Assembly (NCBI RefSeq): GCF_018977255.1
Contig: NW_024704743.1
Coordinates: 46,812,001 to 46,876,000, forward strand
DNA length: 64,000 bases
Origin: Callorhinchus milii
Lineage: Eukaryota
Direction of reading: 5' to 3'
Shown: in pieces, positions 26,619 to 40,350 of the stretch
How positions within the stretch are numbered: position 1 is the first letter of the stretch
Layout: every line of letters begins with the position of its first letter
Notes under the pieces: model-generated
Databases searched by the model: none
What the model was told of the DNA's origin: nothing
Seen by the model: only the letters and a program-made list of their open reading frames with translations
Program-made: the position numbers and the translations under genes

Positions 26619-28059
26619 TTAAACACAGCCACATCTAACATGGTTTTGCTGTTTTTATGTAATGATTAATGAAGTGCATGTTGTGCTATGATTTGTTTGA
26701 TGCAGAGTGCCAGTGACACAGAAGGGTTCTGCTGGACAAAGATGAGGTTATGCAGGACAGTTCACAGGCTGCAGATGGTAACAGCCTTTAGTATGTTAGC
26801 TCACTACATGCATAATTTAGGAACCCATGTGGGACTACAGCTTCTTAAATAAAATAGGTGAAAGCAACTTACTAAGTGACCACAGTATCTTCTTTCGTGT
26901 GCGGAGAGAGCTGTTCAGTGCTCAATAATAAATTGAATGCGGCAAGGTCTAAATCACATATTCATAGCAACAGTTGGTTCAATCTAAAGTTGATTTCAGT
27001 AATGAGCTCCAATTATCTCCACAACACAGAATTGCATTCATTTAAGATGTGAAAGAAATGCTTTCTGCATTGCGCAATGCTGCACAAACATTGTTATGCT
27101 TTTGAAACTGACTTTTTTGACATTTTGTCATGTTTCTTTAATATCATTTCAGTTTTACTTCCTGTTGCGTATACTTTCCAAAGAATAGTGTGATTTATTT
27201 TCATTTTACGCTGTCTTCATTTTTCAGGATGCCTAATTCCCTCGGAACCTAGAGACACATAGCTCTCCAGCCAAGAAAGCAGACGGGCCTCAGGCTTTTG
27301 TCAATGGCATTCCACTGCAGGCTGCTAGGAGATGTGTGTGACAGCACAAAATTCCACCCTAGAGTATTATCCTGCAAGACTATTTTGTCTTCAAAATTTA
27401 AAATGCAGAATCGTGGAAAATTCTAAAATTCAGTCCTAATTTGGAACTTAACTGCAGAAAATCAAGTTCGACATGAAGAATGAATCCAAGGGTTTTTCCA
27501 CAGTTTTGTACAATTTAAAATTTGAACACAAAAGAATTAGGCTAAGACTCGGTGGAATTTCAGGCCTGGAATGAGAACATTTCTGCAAGCAGAAAGGAGG
27601 CAGAATTGCACCTGTCATTAGATGCTGTAGAATGGTCTCACCAAGAACAGTGGCTCCAGTCTCATACACTGTGCCATGTTGTGACATTACTGAACAATTT
27701 TTTTTCTCAAGGGCTGGTGCATGTAAAGCATGTCAGCTGTGCTATTAATTCATTAGGCACTGGGAGCGGCCACACACTGCCAAAACTAGAGCCAAAGTGC
27801 CTCTAAATGTATTCTAAATCATTAACGAACAAAATATTTGCTGAATTGTTTGAGCTCAGATCTAACATTGAAGATGGTTTCTGAATGAATTTGCAAGTGA
27901 TTAATTCGTTGAATTGAATTTGTAAGTGATAAAGTGATACATTTTGTCATTTCACACAAACTAGTTTTGTGAATATGACTTGAATCTATAAAAGGTAATA
28001 CATTGAGCTGTAAGTGTTGCATTGGAATTGCCTGATCTGCTCCATCTGATTAATAATTT

Positions 28060-28420
28060 GAAGGAGCAAGTGGGTGGTGCAGTGCGTTCAAAATGCATTC
28101 AGTTCAGTTTTGGGGCTTGGGCTTGTATCTAGCACTGACTGATGGGATGAAAGTCTCTCTCTCTGCTGTAAGGATCCCCAATGACATGTTTAAATAGTGG
28201 ACTGGATCAGTCAGCACAAAAAGACCCAATAATTAGGCACTACTGTAATTGACACAGAATAATCTTTCACTGCCAAGCCACCGGAACATGGACAATAGAT
28301 ATGTCCCACTGGTGCAGTAAGAGTGATGATGCTGGGATTAACTTGCTAGTGGAGAGTAAATTATTTATACTACAGATAACCTGTGTCACATCAGACCTGA
28401 ACATTTCTGGATTTTTAAAA
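28060..28420 (+). mobile_element. LF-SINE-like ancient SINE
   Basis: Contains GACTGATGGGATGAAAGTCTCTCTCTCTGCTGTAAGG, resembling the LF-SINE consensus as recalled. Confidence 0.55.
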
Positions 28421-28802
28421 TTTATTAAAACCTTTATTTCAAGGCTTTAGGTTCAATGCAGTGTATTTCTGTCATTATATCATAGCTTGAGATAATTATT
28501 GTATTGCAGTATTGTATTAAAGTGTCAGACACAGAAAGCCTCTCTGCAACTCCGGCAACTGCAGAAAATGCCTTTGAGAACAGTTAATAGTGCACCCAGT
28601 AGTTCATTGGTGACTTGCTGACCTAGAGGTACTGACTGGAGGCCACTTTATAATAGTCTGTTAAAATGCAGGGACTGATTTTATTTTTATGGAATCATAG
28701 ACAGTGTTATAATGGGGGTCTGACTGTATCTAGAAATAAGGTAGTATTTCTGTGAAGGTCTTCATACATGTAGCTGTTGGAGGCTGTCGAATATCAACAG
28801 GA

Positions 28803-28985
28803 TAATAATAATAATCCTTATATTTATATAGTGCCTTATCACATCTTCGAGATGTCTCAAAGCGTTTCACAGAATATACAGTAAAGTGAATTGATTATTT
28901 TGTGGATGAAACGCAGCAGCCAATTGCACACAGCAGTGACCCACAAACATTCGTGGATTGAGTGACCAAATTATTTTTATTTGTT
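28803..28985 (-). mobile_element. SINE 3' half
   Basis: Tail and Deu-like body shared with full copies. Confidence 0.8.
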
Positions 28986-29589
28986 TTTAAGATACCATGA
29001 CACAAGCCATATGTGATAGGGTAGAAATTTCAGTCAGTCATTCTCATTCCCTTCAGTTGCAGATACAGGCCTTGCATGTTAATAAATTTTGATCTAAATA
29101 TAATATTTCATAAATGAAGCATGGAAATCCAATGAACAACCATGCATTCCAATTAGAAATGAAAGTCGGGATTAATGAAAAATTCTTTGCCTTTTTATTA
29201 ATAAAAGTAGAGGGAGATGAGTCGTTTTTCAGGATCCAAATGCCTTTCAGTATAACAGCTTAACTACTTTGCTACTGTTCAATTACCCAAATAACCCCGA
29301 ACTGTCAGACCTGTCAAATTTAAAAAAAAGCACAATTACATTCCTGCCAAAAGGATTTACATCAAGTACATTGTCAATGCCGCATTTTAAATAGAAGAGA
29401 TTTATGTGATCTTCAGTTTTGTACTCAATGTCTAAGACTGGTCCACAGGATTTCCACCTTTTGTGAAGGTGATGTGTTGTTTTATTCAACAACAGTACAT
29501 TACAATATGAAGGAACAATAGGTAAAACATTCTTGGCGAGAGGTAAGGCTATATTTTATTTCATTCAGCGCATAGTTTCTGAATACGTC

Positions 29590-30262
29590 TAATCATTGCA
29601 CACAAAAACGTTTAGTGACCACCATAAAAGTCGCACTCCAGAAATTATTTGAATGCTGTAAATGCCAAAGTCGTATATTCACCCGAGTCCCATCCAATTT
29701 CCTATCAAAACCACTTTGATTTCTTTACACTACTCATGGTGCGCAAATGCTCTGGGATGCTACCCTGCATGAGGGGCATGATACAAATGCAAGTTGTTGC
29801 TGTTGTATTACTCACCTCCTAACTTGTAAAGTCGCTCCCCAAACCTACATTACTCCCATGTTTACCGGAGGCCTTGAATCATGAGAATTTATGTCCTTGC
29901 CTGTCGACAAATGCTCACTTACTGGCCGGCTGCATTGAATCACTGAAATCGTAGTCTTGATCCAACGATGCATGCACAGAACTTTATTTCCCGTGATTCA
30001 GTGCGATTCCAACATTTGCCAGAGAGTGTGCATGCCATGCTGAGTGAAGACGCATTGAGTTGCAGGAAATGTTAGTCTTAACCCATCACCACATGTGCAC
30101 TTACCGGCTACAATGACTAATTTCTGCAATGGACACTTACCGTCTGCAATAAATTCACATTCGCAGGGTAGATTGATTAAGTCAGATTTTCTAACATTTC
30201 TATAGTTTGCCTGCAATTCAGGCTTCAGGTAAGTCATATCAAATGTTATAGTCCCAACTGAT
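29590..30262. repeat. Unclassified interspersed repeat, copy 2
   Basis: Colinear with 23170-23720. Confidence 0.75.
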
Positions 30263-30272
30263 GATGATGATG

Positions 30273-30582
30273 ATAATAATAGTCCTTGCATTTGATATCG
30301 CGCTTTTCACGTCTTCTAGACGTCTCAAAGTGCTTCACAGAATATACTGTAAAGCGAATTGACTATATTTGTGGGCAAAACGTGGCAGCCAATTGCACAC
30401 AGCAGTGTCTCACAAACAGCCGTGGATTGAAAATGACCAATTTATTATTGTTTTGTTTTTGGAGGGATTATTATTAGGCGTGTGGAGTAAGGAAACTTGC
30501 CCAAGGTTTCGCCCTGCCTGGAGTTGAACTGAGGTCTCTTGCTTGCAAGGCGAGTGCTCTAACCACTGAGCTACAGGCCTCC
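30273..30582 (-). mobile_element. Full-length tRNA-derived SINE
   Basis: Head, body and tail intact; head lies ~60 nt before the coding exon 2 acceptor. Confidence 0.92.
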
Positions 30583-30614
30583 ACAATACGACTTATGTGA
30601 GTTTTACTGAATAA

Positions 30615-30824
<210 letters not shown>

Positions 30825-31819
30825 TAAAGGAGTAAGTGGGAAAGTAACACTTCTGCCCCAGTTGTTTCCTTGTCTGGAATATTAATAGAATTGTTAAACA
30901 AGACTGATTAGCTGAATTTTTTTAATTGCTGGAAAAACATTCTGTCTGCTTTACTATTGTTCAGTTGCTGGAATGAGTAGATTGCGTAAGTGACCCAGAA
31001 TAATTGTACTTACAGTTATAATTTACCTTTCAGAGCGACAAGTGCAGAGATGCACTCCTGAAATACAGATTGGTATTGACATTTGGAAATATTGGGTCAT
31101 GTCCTCAGTAATAAATCTAACACGGTGATAGCTGGAATACTTGATTTGATATTATGCAAGAGAGCCACTGGAAACATTCTGTTGTGAGGATGAGAAAATC
31201 AGTTTTGCTTTATGGTTCATTTCTTTTTTGATCTGATCCTACCAAACAAGATGGAACTCAATTCTGCCGAAGTTACTGTCAGTAGCAAAACTTTTGTTCC
31301 TGCCACAATTATGGCAAAAGCCTCCTGTAATATGCCCACATAACTATACATGTAAATTGTCATCAAAATATATCAGCTCGGCTCAGCTGGTAGCACTCTT
31401 GCACTGTACCAGCGTGATAGCCTAGATGTTACCATCTAAGCCAGAGAGTCACTATGAGAATTTCCACATTATTGACTGTAATTCATATATATTTCTTCAC
31501 CACAATTATCACTTATGTGGGTTATACTAGGTGCAAATAACATTGTATAGCAATTCAGTTTCTTCTGGATTATAGTATAGACAGCATCAAAGAAAAATCA
31601 GTGCGGGTTTGTTTTCCTGTTTTGGCAGGACTTCTGACAATTTATTTATTTACTGTCAAAGATGTGCATTTGTTGCTCACTTGATTTTTGATATTTTTAC
31701 AATTCAGATATTGTGTCTGTCTCAATAGCGAATTGCAACAGCAAGAAAAATGGAGTAGTAATTGAAAATGTGATGTATTCATCTCGAAATGCTAGTTTCA
31801 TTTGTTAGTTATATAATAT

Positions 31820-32130
31820 TAATAATACTCATTGCATTTGATACATCACCTTATCACGAATATATTGTAAAGTGAATTGACTGTATTTTTGTGGGCAAAA
31901 CAAGGCAGCCAATTGTGCTCAGGCAGAAATGGTCGAGGATTCAGTGACCACATTTTTAAAACATTGTTGAGGGATTATTATCCCTGGAAAGTGATCCGCC
32001 AATTGACAAACAACTGGGTTCCTACTTACTGCTGAGCAAACAGAAGCATAAGGAAACTTGCTGAAGTTTTCGCCTTGCCTGGGATCCAACCCAGGTTCTT
32101 CCGCTCACGAGGTGAGCAAGCTATCCACTA
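31820..32130 (-). mobile_element. Older SINE, long-body variant
   Basis: Diverged head, extra body segment and tail. Confidence 0.75.
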
Positions 32131-32827
32131 TGATAATAATTAGGTAAGAGGTACACTAAGGTAATTTGGTCTGGCGGTTCCAATAATGTCACAGCTTGTG
32201 TAAATAGTTTGAGAAATCTGAATTTTATCTGAACGTCATGACTAGAGTAGGACACAATATCAAATCCAAGTCCTAATCTGAGTTGCCTTGAGTTCATCCG
32301 AATTGTATGTCTTTTTTACAAAAAAGTACATTTGCATTGAGCTTGTTTTTTTTTGGCCTTGTAACTAAGAGTGAGTTACTCAAAGTATTGGGTGGCCATC
32401 TCTAGGAGGCCCAAATAAAGTTCAGAATCAGTACAATTGTAATTGCCGGTTGGAATTAGAGTACCTGGGGGCTTCATTGGTTCTTTTCTGAGACGCCGTC
32501 CGGCGTGGAGGGCGCAATATAAATCCAAGTTGTTGTTTTCTGTTCACATAATGGTTGATGTGAAATTCAAATTCTGACAGCCTGAATTATGAACACTATG
32601 AAACTGAGTCCTAAATACATTTGAACTCTCGGCCTCAGTGATTTGATTGCTCATAAACCATCCTCCTAATGTTCACACTAATATAAATAAGTAGTTTTGT
32701 GGAATATTGTTTTGTTACTGTTATGGATGATGACTTTATGGCTCTGAGCTTGGTTACAAGGTGATGAGCACGTGTGTCCCATCTGACTTATTGTTGGAAT
32801 ATGGCTGTTGCTGTATTATGAGGAATA

Positions 32828-33012
32828 ACAGTAATAATCCTTGCATTTGATATAGCACTTTTCACATCTTCTCGACATCTCAAAGCGCTTCACATAATAG
32901 ACTTTAAAGTGAATTGACTGTATATTTGTGGGCGAAACGTGGCAGCAGTGTCTCACAAACAGTCGTGGATTGAAAGTGACCAATTTTTATTGTTTTTCGT
33001 TTTGGAGGGATT
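32828..33012 (-). mobile_element. SINE 3' half
   Basis: Tail and body match full copies. Confidence 0.85.
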
Positions 33013-34514
33013 GGAGTAGGCTGGTTCATTGGGTTCGAATCTTTCCTGAGAGCATTGCACAGAGGTGGCTTCAGTAGTCACCACAGTTGAAGCTCACTGA
33101 CCGATTGCTTCTGGCTCCCACCAACCGCTGGTTCTTATTCCCTGGCAGGAGGTCCTTCTTCCAAGCGTAGAGGACTTCTGTGAGGTCTGTCCGAGGGAAG
33201 GCCTGTGACAGCCGAGCTTTCATCAGCGCCCTTTCCAACATGGCAGTCCTGAAGCGTTCTACGTTGAGCTCCTTACGGAACGGTGCTGCTAATTTTGAGC
33301 AATGCTCAAACGTCAATGCCACCACTCAAAGCATTGCTCAGATGGCCTTAATATAAGAGTAACATTAGTATACACTGAATTGGTCCCGGTAACTCCCGGT
33401 ACATTGCATTTTATTGGCTGCTTTCATTCACATTAATCGCAAAGTGCAAAGCTGGTTTTTCATTGATTTTAACCTTATTGCATTGTCACTCACAATTTAT
33501 CCAAGGCAAACACTGATGACTTCCAGCAGTCAAAGAAATTGTACTTATAAGATTTTTTTCTCCTTATGATTTTGTACGTCAGGTGTGCTGCTCAGTTTCA
33601 TTAGAAACTGCCTCTTGACAAATGATAAGGTCACCTTTTACTTGGTGCATTCTCCTGTTTAGCTTTGAGACTTGAGTTTGATTCAAGCCCAAATTGATAG
33701 CTTGGAAATCCTGGCTTTGTGTCTTGCTGCAGTTGTGTCCCAAGTGAAATTTGTTTGAGGAGCCTTCATTCAATTCACTCAGTTTGTAATAGATGCGAGT
33801 CCATGGTACAAAATGGCCTATATTTGGACCCAAATTCACACAACTTGTAATCTATGTTTGACTAGCTGTATCATTGGCTGAAGTGGGGCTTGTTAGTCCT
33901 GCAATAAATCTTTCTCTTTAACGTTAAAGTGAAAAAAACAAAGAGCATCTCAGCTGGTGACAATTGATGCTGTCACTTGGAGCAAAATCTAGAAGTGTTG
34001 TGTGTGATAAGTACATTCCCACTAGTATTCTTTCAAGAAGCAAAGGAAAGGAAAGAATTGAACTTTAGTATTTTTCTATTTATTTGCAAAGTAGATAAAA
34101 TCATCAAATATTCAAAATAGTAAATTAGAATTAGCTGTGTACTTTTGATGGTGTAATCATCATCTTATTCACAGTTAAAGACAAGTCTGCAAAGAACTGT
34201 TTGTAATAGTGTATTTGATTAAATTATCTTGAATATAATTTGAATGCTTCAAGAATGCAGTGTGAAACCTCAATGAAATGTGAAACCGAGAGATAGCTGA
34301 GAAACAGTCCAAATCACTTAAGTGCTGCAATTAAAAAGAAAAGCTGCAAGTGTTTCTTTTTCATAAGTATCCGAAAGAGGGAGGGAGGTGATTATTTGAA
34401 AATAACAATCAAGAGAGAATCTTACCTGTAGTATCAGTCCCCTTTCTTTCAGATGTTATTGTCTTCTTGTTCATTTCCAGCATTTTCTGTACATCTAACT
34501 AATCTAAATAGTAA

Positions 34515-34620
34515 CAAAAATAGAAGTCACTGGGAAGACTCAGCATGTCAGGCAGCATCTATGGAGAAAGGAAAGTGAGTCAACATTTCAGGTCCATGAC
34601 CCTTCGTCAGAACTGGCGCA
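34515..34620 (-). mobile_element. Penelope-like element terminal repeat remnant with hammerhead-like core
   Basis: Minus strand CCAGTTCTGACGAAGGGTCATGGACCTGAAATGTTGACTC...CATAGATGCTGCCTGACATGCTGAG; family assignment from recalled shark repeat consensus. Confidence 0.6.
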
Positions 34621-35099
34621 TGTTGGGAGGGAGAGGCTTTTAAGGACTAAGAGAGGGGGGAGGCAGGACAAGGAAGACAAAGAAGAAAATGGAGTAGAGG
34701 ACAGGGGATGATTGGTTAAAGGGGTGTTAATGATGTTCATAATAATTTAAATAGTTTTGTTTTGCTTGTGTAGTGGAAAAACAAAATTGTGAAGAGGGAC
34801 AGATATTTGAAATCTGATTTGCCTTGAACTTTCGATTTACAACTCTTAAAGTAGGATTGCACAGATATACAGCAAGATACATTCTCTTCATGATTCCAAA
34901 TAGCTTCAGATGCAAACAATTGTGCAGATTAGTTCCTTTCTGGTTTGATTACAGATAAATGCATCTTCACAGCACATGTGCAGTGAATTCAAACTATTTA
35001 CCACAGATGAGGGCCTTTTGGTTTATAAAATCTATGCTGGTGTTTTTGTCTCTGTGGTACACTTAATCTTGTATCACTCCTGTTTGGTCCTGTATCTTT

Positions 35100-35720
35100 A
35101 AATATTTTTCAAGCATCTACAGTAGGAAACCAATTGTCCATAATAATTGGGACCGGTCCAATACCAGTTGGTCATCGTGTAAGGTATAAATTGGCTTAAA
35201 CTCCATCAGGCAGTTTCTTCAGAAGTGAAACGTCTCATTGATTGTAACATCCTAGTGCACATTTTCCTTTTGGTTTTATTGCTTTCCGATAAATGGGGTG
35301 CCCAGAACTGTGCAGATTATTCCAAATGTGTCCTAAGGTTTTGAATAAATAATTTCATCATTACATTCTAGTTCTTATATTCCATGCCTCTAGATATAAA
35401 ATAGATTGAATTTGCTATTTTATGGCCTTATCTATATCCACTGCACTTTTAATGACCTGTGAATAATTGGTCATCGAGTAAGATATAAATTATCTGTACA
35501 TGGCTGTACACCCTTTGCTCCTGCACTCCACTTAGAATGTTAATACTACCATTTAAGATATCCTTCTCTATTCATGATTCCACAATTTACTACTTCATAG
35601 ATTCTGCATTGAACTGCAGTTGCCATGTCTTTGCCCACTTACCAATCAATCTATGCTCTCCTGAAAGCTTTTTTTTAACAGTCCTTGTTGCAATTTGTCC
35701 TTGTGCTATTTTCAGCAAAT
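35100..35720 (-). mobile_element. CR1 LINE fragments, decayed
   Basis: ggggtgcccagaactgtgcag...tattccaaatgtg is the reverse complement of the HLEYxxQFWAP motif. Confidence 0.55.
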
Positions 35721-38022
35721 TTCAATATTGGTCCCACAGTTCCTGAGTCTAAATGCTTTATATATACAGGAAGTAAAAGCCTTCTACAATACAGAACTTG
35801 TAGAACAAAGCAATATGGTATTGACAAAATGCAACAGATAAAATTTGACCATGTTGTAAATCTGATTTTTGCCATCCCAGTTTTGTGACCATAAAAAGGC
35901 ACTAAATCCTGAAAAGAAGTTTATCAGAAAAGTGTTTTTACCACGAATATTCCAAAGAGCATTCTGTTTTATATCAGATTCATGTGGACAGAATAGTCAT
36001 CCAACAGATGATGAAACATCATGAGATTAACATCTTCATGCACTGCGTCCAATATAAATGGATTAAATACATCTGTCTGTTCAAGGTTGTTTGATTTCCT
36101 CCCACTTGTTCATTCAATCTGTAAAATCCTACTCCCTTTCTATAATACCTCCCTATCCTCAGCTCGATTATAAATCCCCGTCCTGCTTTTTTTTTTAGAA
36201 AACTAGGGGAAATGCCAAATTCCATATGGCAGCTGACTCTTTAACTGAGGTTGAGAGTTCACGAGACAAGATGAGATAAATTGAAAAATATTGGTTATAA
36301 AATTTTTTAAATTGAGAGGTTGCAGTTTGTATTGGTGCCGGATGCAGTTTTACTATTCCAAAAGTTTTAAGAAGAAAATAGATTGAAGGACACTTGACCC
36401 AGTAGAGTATATTGTATTTTAATTTCAACCCAAGTGACTATGCTAGAAGAACAAGAGCTTGTGGAACTCCGTAAGAACAATAGAAGAAAGTTTTGACAAA
36501 TCTTAATTTCTAATTAATGGGAATGGATAAAGAAAGACTGGGATAAATGGATAGAGGATTGTGATGGGAGCAATTGTTAGACAGAAATTTGGTGCCATTA
36601 TCTTTAAATTACTGTTGTGTAAGGATCTATTGTGTGAGGATCAACAAGAGAACAGGAATGGTATTAAAGGGCATGAGGAAAGACCAGTAAATGACTACAA
36701 GGGAGGAGTTAATGCCATTACACACAATTGACCTTCTTCTATACTGTAAAGTCAATGATTCTATTAGCTCAGCAGCATTCCCTGTGAGGCATCTGTGCCT
36801 GTTTAAAATATATTGGTGGAAGAATCTTCAAAGTACAAATGAAAGAAATTTTATCTAAAAAGATTTTGATTCCCAAATAATCTGAAATGGTTTACAATTG
36901 TGTCAGCATGCAGTAAACTTGCAAAGTGATCAGCTTTAAATCATTAAATACCGTATATCAACGTTTTTAGAAAATACTGCCTGCTAATGCCCTTCTGTCT
37001 TTTAAAAATATATAAATGACTATTTATTAATCTGATTTTGAAGACTTTAAATGGAGCAGACTATATTCAGAAAAAGCTTCACCCATCAGCTTTGCCCACT
37101 CTTATTGTCAAAAGTCTCAAAAGCTCCAGAAGACTGTTTGCCAAGGAATTTGCCATATCATGTTGACTTGTATTCAGTCTGACAAAGTCATTGTGCTGGT
37201 AGCAGCAGACAAGACTCTTTCAGTTGCAGTTAGGATTTTGTGTGTCTTGTTCATCAGAATTGATATTTGGATGCAGCTGATTATATGTCACATTACTTAT
37301 TATCCATTGTTTTTCCAATCTTTAATATGAATTCTGTGTTGGGAGAACAGTTTTCTGCTGTGAGAGATGCAGATTGAAATTGTCAATACTTCTTTCACTT
37401 AGGAACTATCTAAAAGGGGATTTTTATCCTGTATTTCCAGACTTCACTCAGCTCTGTTCAATGAATGAAGACTGTATTGTGGAACTCGTCAACACATTCA
37501 GTTTACCAGGAAGGGATGCATCAGTGCTGGGCACTGAATTAATTCAAGAGTTTGCTTGTTTTTTTTATTGGTGAGCAAGGTCACCTCCATTAATTGAATT
37601 AGACCGAAAAGGTTCCACTAGGGAACGAGGGTTGTCCCCGCAGACAAGCCCATATATCCCCCCAAACTCTTCTAGGCCCCAAATTATCAAAGAACAATGT
37701 GGACCTGAACCCTGTCTTCACGGCCAACTGTGCAGGACAGGTGACCGGATCACCTCTCCAGGTGGGCAAGCCCGGCCTGAGCCTAGTGACCAAGTGCTCA
37801 CGTTAGCTCTGCATTCACTTCCTCTTTTTGAGGGTAGATCAAACTCCTCAGATCAAAAATACTGTGATACTGATCCCAAACTACAGAGGGCTGAAGGCAT
37901 GGCTTGCCAGGAGCTCAATCCCTCCCATAATCCCCTTACTTATGGATGAGATTCGGTCATGGTAACCAGCACAAACAAATCTTAACTGGGGAACATTTCT
38001 GGCAGGTGCTAGCCCAGGGAGT

Positions 38023-38073
38023 AACTGATAAGCATACATACTACACTTGATCTTCGTCAAAAGGCCGAGAAGC
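38023..38073 (-). pseudogene. RNU2: U2 snRNA 5' fragment (about nt 4-54)
   Basis: Minus strand reads GCTTCTCGGCCTTTTGACGAAGATCAAGTGTAGTATGTATGCTTATCAGTT; 46 of 51 positions match vertebrate U2 as recalled, including the GTAGTA branch-recognition sequence. No Sm site or 3' half. Confidence 0.92.
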
Positions 38074-38579
38074 TGCTTGATGCTGCAATGGGAGGAGGGT
38101 AGGGTAGGTTTTCTGGAAGGATGAGATCAAATAGGTTGAATAGGCTTCTTCATCCGATCCTGTGTTATGATGCCTGAATAATCTTACTTAACAAACTGAA
38201 TAGCCATCACTATTATAAATTAATGTGGTGTTACAATGTCAAAAATACTTTTCCACAGAAGGTATCGTGGAATAAATAATCACTATCACCTGAAAAATAG
38301 TACAGTAATGCAATAGACCTTTCCCCACCAAAATTAATGTTGGAGACAATGTTCAGTTTCAATTCTGAATTAGTCTTAAAAATAATTTAAGTGAAAAGAG
38401 ACTGTAGTCTAATTGCTGCAATTTTATGAACAACTAAAAGTACAATGGTCATCATTTGTGTTAGCACCACATTGTTGGTCCCATGCTGTCATTTCTGCGA
38501 TCCTTATTTGAAGACTTGGATGGTACCTTCTTGACATTTTAACACATACTAATCCTTGCATTTGATACATAATAAATAA

Positions 38580-38760
38580 ATAATAAATTGGACACTCAAT
38601 CCACGATTGTTTGTGGGACACTACTCTGCGCAATTGGCTGCCGCATTTCGCCCACATAATATGCATTCAATTCACTTTACAGTATATTCTATGAAGTGTT
38701 TTGAGATGTCTTGAAGACACAATAAGGCGCTATATAAAATGCAAGAATTATTATTATTAA
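38580..38760 (+). mobile_element. SINE 3' half
   Basis: Body and tail match full copies. Confidence 0.8.
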
Positions 38761-40024
38761 CACAGGAATATTAAATATCAGAAGCAGGGAACTAAAATAG
38801 CCATGAATGGTTTTATTAAAATATGGCATGAGTAGGAGACATTTTGATCCAGTGAATTGGAGGTTTAACACATTATACCACAGAATATTTCCTGACATGC
38901 TGAATACTCACTCTCAACTGTGCTATTGTGATGAGTGCTTGATGCTTCCCAGAAGATGAGGGAAGGAAAGTCAGGAGGCACTGTCTTCATCTTCCAAGAC
39001 AGCTTCTGTATTCTTCTGGTGCTGTGAGTTGCATTATACAGTGGCTACCCACTGTTGACTCCGCGTCTTGCAATGAGCAAGTCAGCTTGATGCTTCATCG
39101 GTGATTGAGGTTGTGCCAGAAATAGAATGGACTTCATTCACATTACTTTGCCACATCCGAAGTTCTGGGGTTTACTGCTATCTTCTAGATCACAAACTCA
39201 CAGGCAGGAATTTCAACCTCCAGCTGTACTTTGTGCTTGGAAATTGCTTGTGTAGGGAATCAACTTCACATGACAAAACTAAGTAGCAATCTCTTTGAGT
39301 CTTGTTTCTCTAATGCAGTTGTACAGCATACACTGGTGCCTGCCAAAATGCAATGATTTCTCGCATATCTTTCACAAATTCTGGTGAAACTGAGCTCCAG
39401 ATCTTACTCACAGGAGCTGCAGTTAATCGGATTCGCACCATTTGCCACTGGATCATGTTAATCGTTCAGTTCTGGTTAATATTTCTGGAGCTAATCCTTA
39501 TGGTACAATTTTTCTAGAATATAATGTTGATGCTGCATCGCCCACGTCTCACCCACAAAATATACAGTCAATTCACTTTACAGTATATTCTGTGATGTGC
39601 TTTGAGATGTCTCAAAGCTGTGATAAGTTGCTATATTAAATGCAAGGATTATTATTATTGATTGTGTTATTTCTCTGAAATGTTACAAGGTGCAACACTG
39701 AGGGGAAGAAAACAAACAATGTTGTTGTAGCTTCCAGTATTGTATTCACACTCCTTAACTTGTTTCCACTATTACATATAGCAGCACAAGATTGGATTGC
39801 AACAAAATGTTCAGGAAGATTAAAAGTCAATTTGTGGCAATGTTACTTTGAAATAAACTTGAACTGGTAACAACTTGAATGGCTTCATGTTTGAAAGGTG
39901 CATTGATGCCATGCCTCACTCTTACAATTTGCACGAATCTACACTTAATATATATGCTTCTTTGCAAACTGTTACTATTGTGAGAATTGTGAATTACTAT
40001 TGTGAGAATTGTGAGAACCCCATT

Positions 40025-40350
40025 GTTAACAATACAAAAAATTACATTTATAAAGTGTCTTTTACATCGGGAGGACATCCCAGGGCACTGGACATTCAAG
40101 GATTTGGACCCAGGCTGGGGTTGGGATCAGGGAGGGTGGCCAAAGGCGTGGTCGAAGAGGAGTGTCTTGAGACATGCCTTGAAGGAGGCAAGGGAGGGAG
40201 TGAGGGGAAGGGAATGTGCGATGGAGTTCCTAAGAATGGGGGCAGAAATGCTGAAAGCCTGACCGCCAATGGTGGGGCAGGCTGAGTGAGGGACTTAGAT
40301 CAGGCCGGAGCCTGCTGAGCTGGGGGAACGGACAGGTTGATATGGGGTTA
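40025..40350 (-). mobile_element. L2 LINE 3' end
   Basis: Homologous to 1969-2310. Confidence 0.82.

Noticed and set aside
26706..26777. 72-nt in-frame cassette exon candidate (tgcAG...ATG|gtaaca)
   Set aside because: Only generic splice-like signals, no secernin similarity; the flanking exons already join into a complete conserved sequence.
37632..37949. 105-aa ORF inside the U2-adjacent unit
   Set aside because: Non-ATG start and no recognisable domain; treated as incidental.
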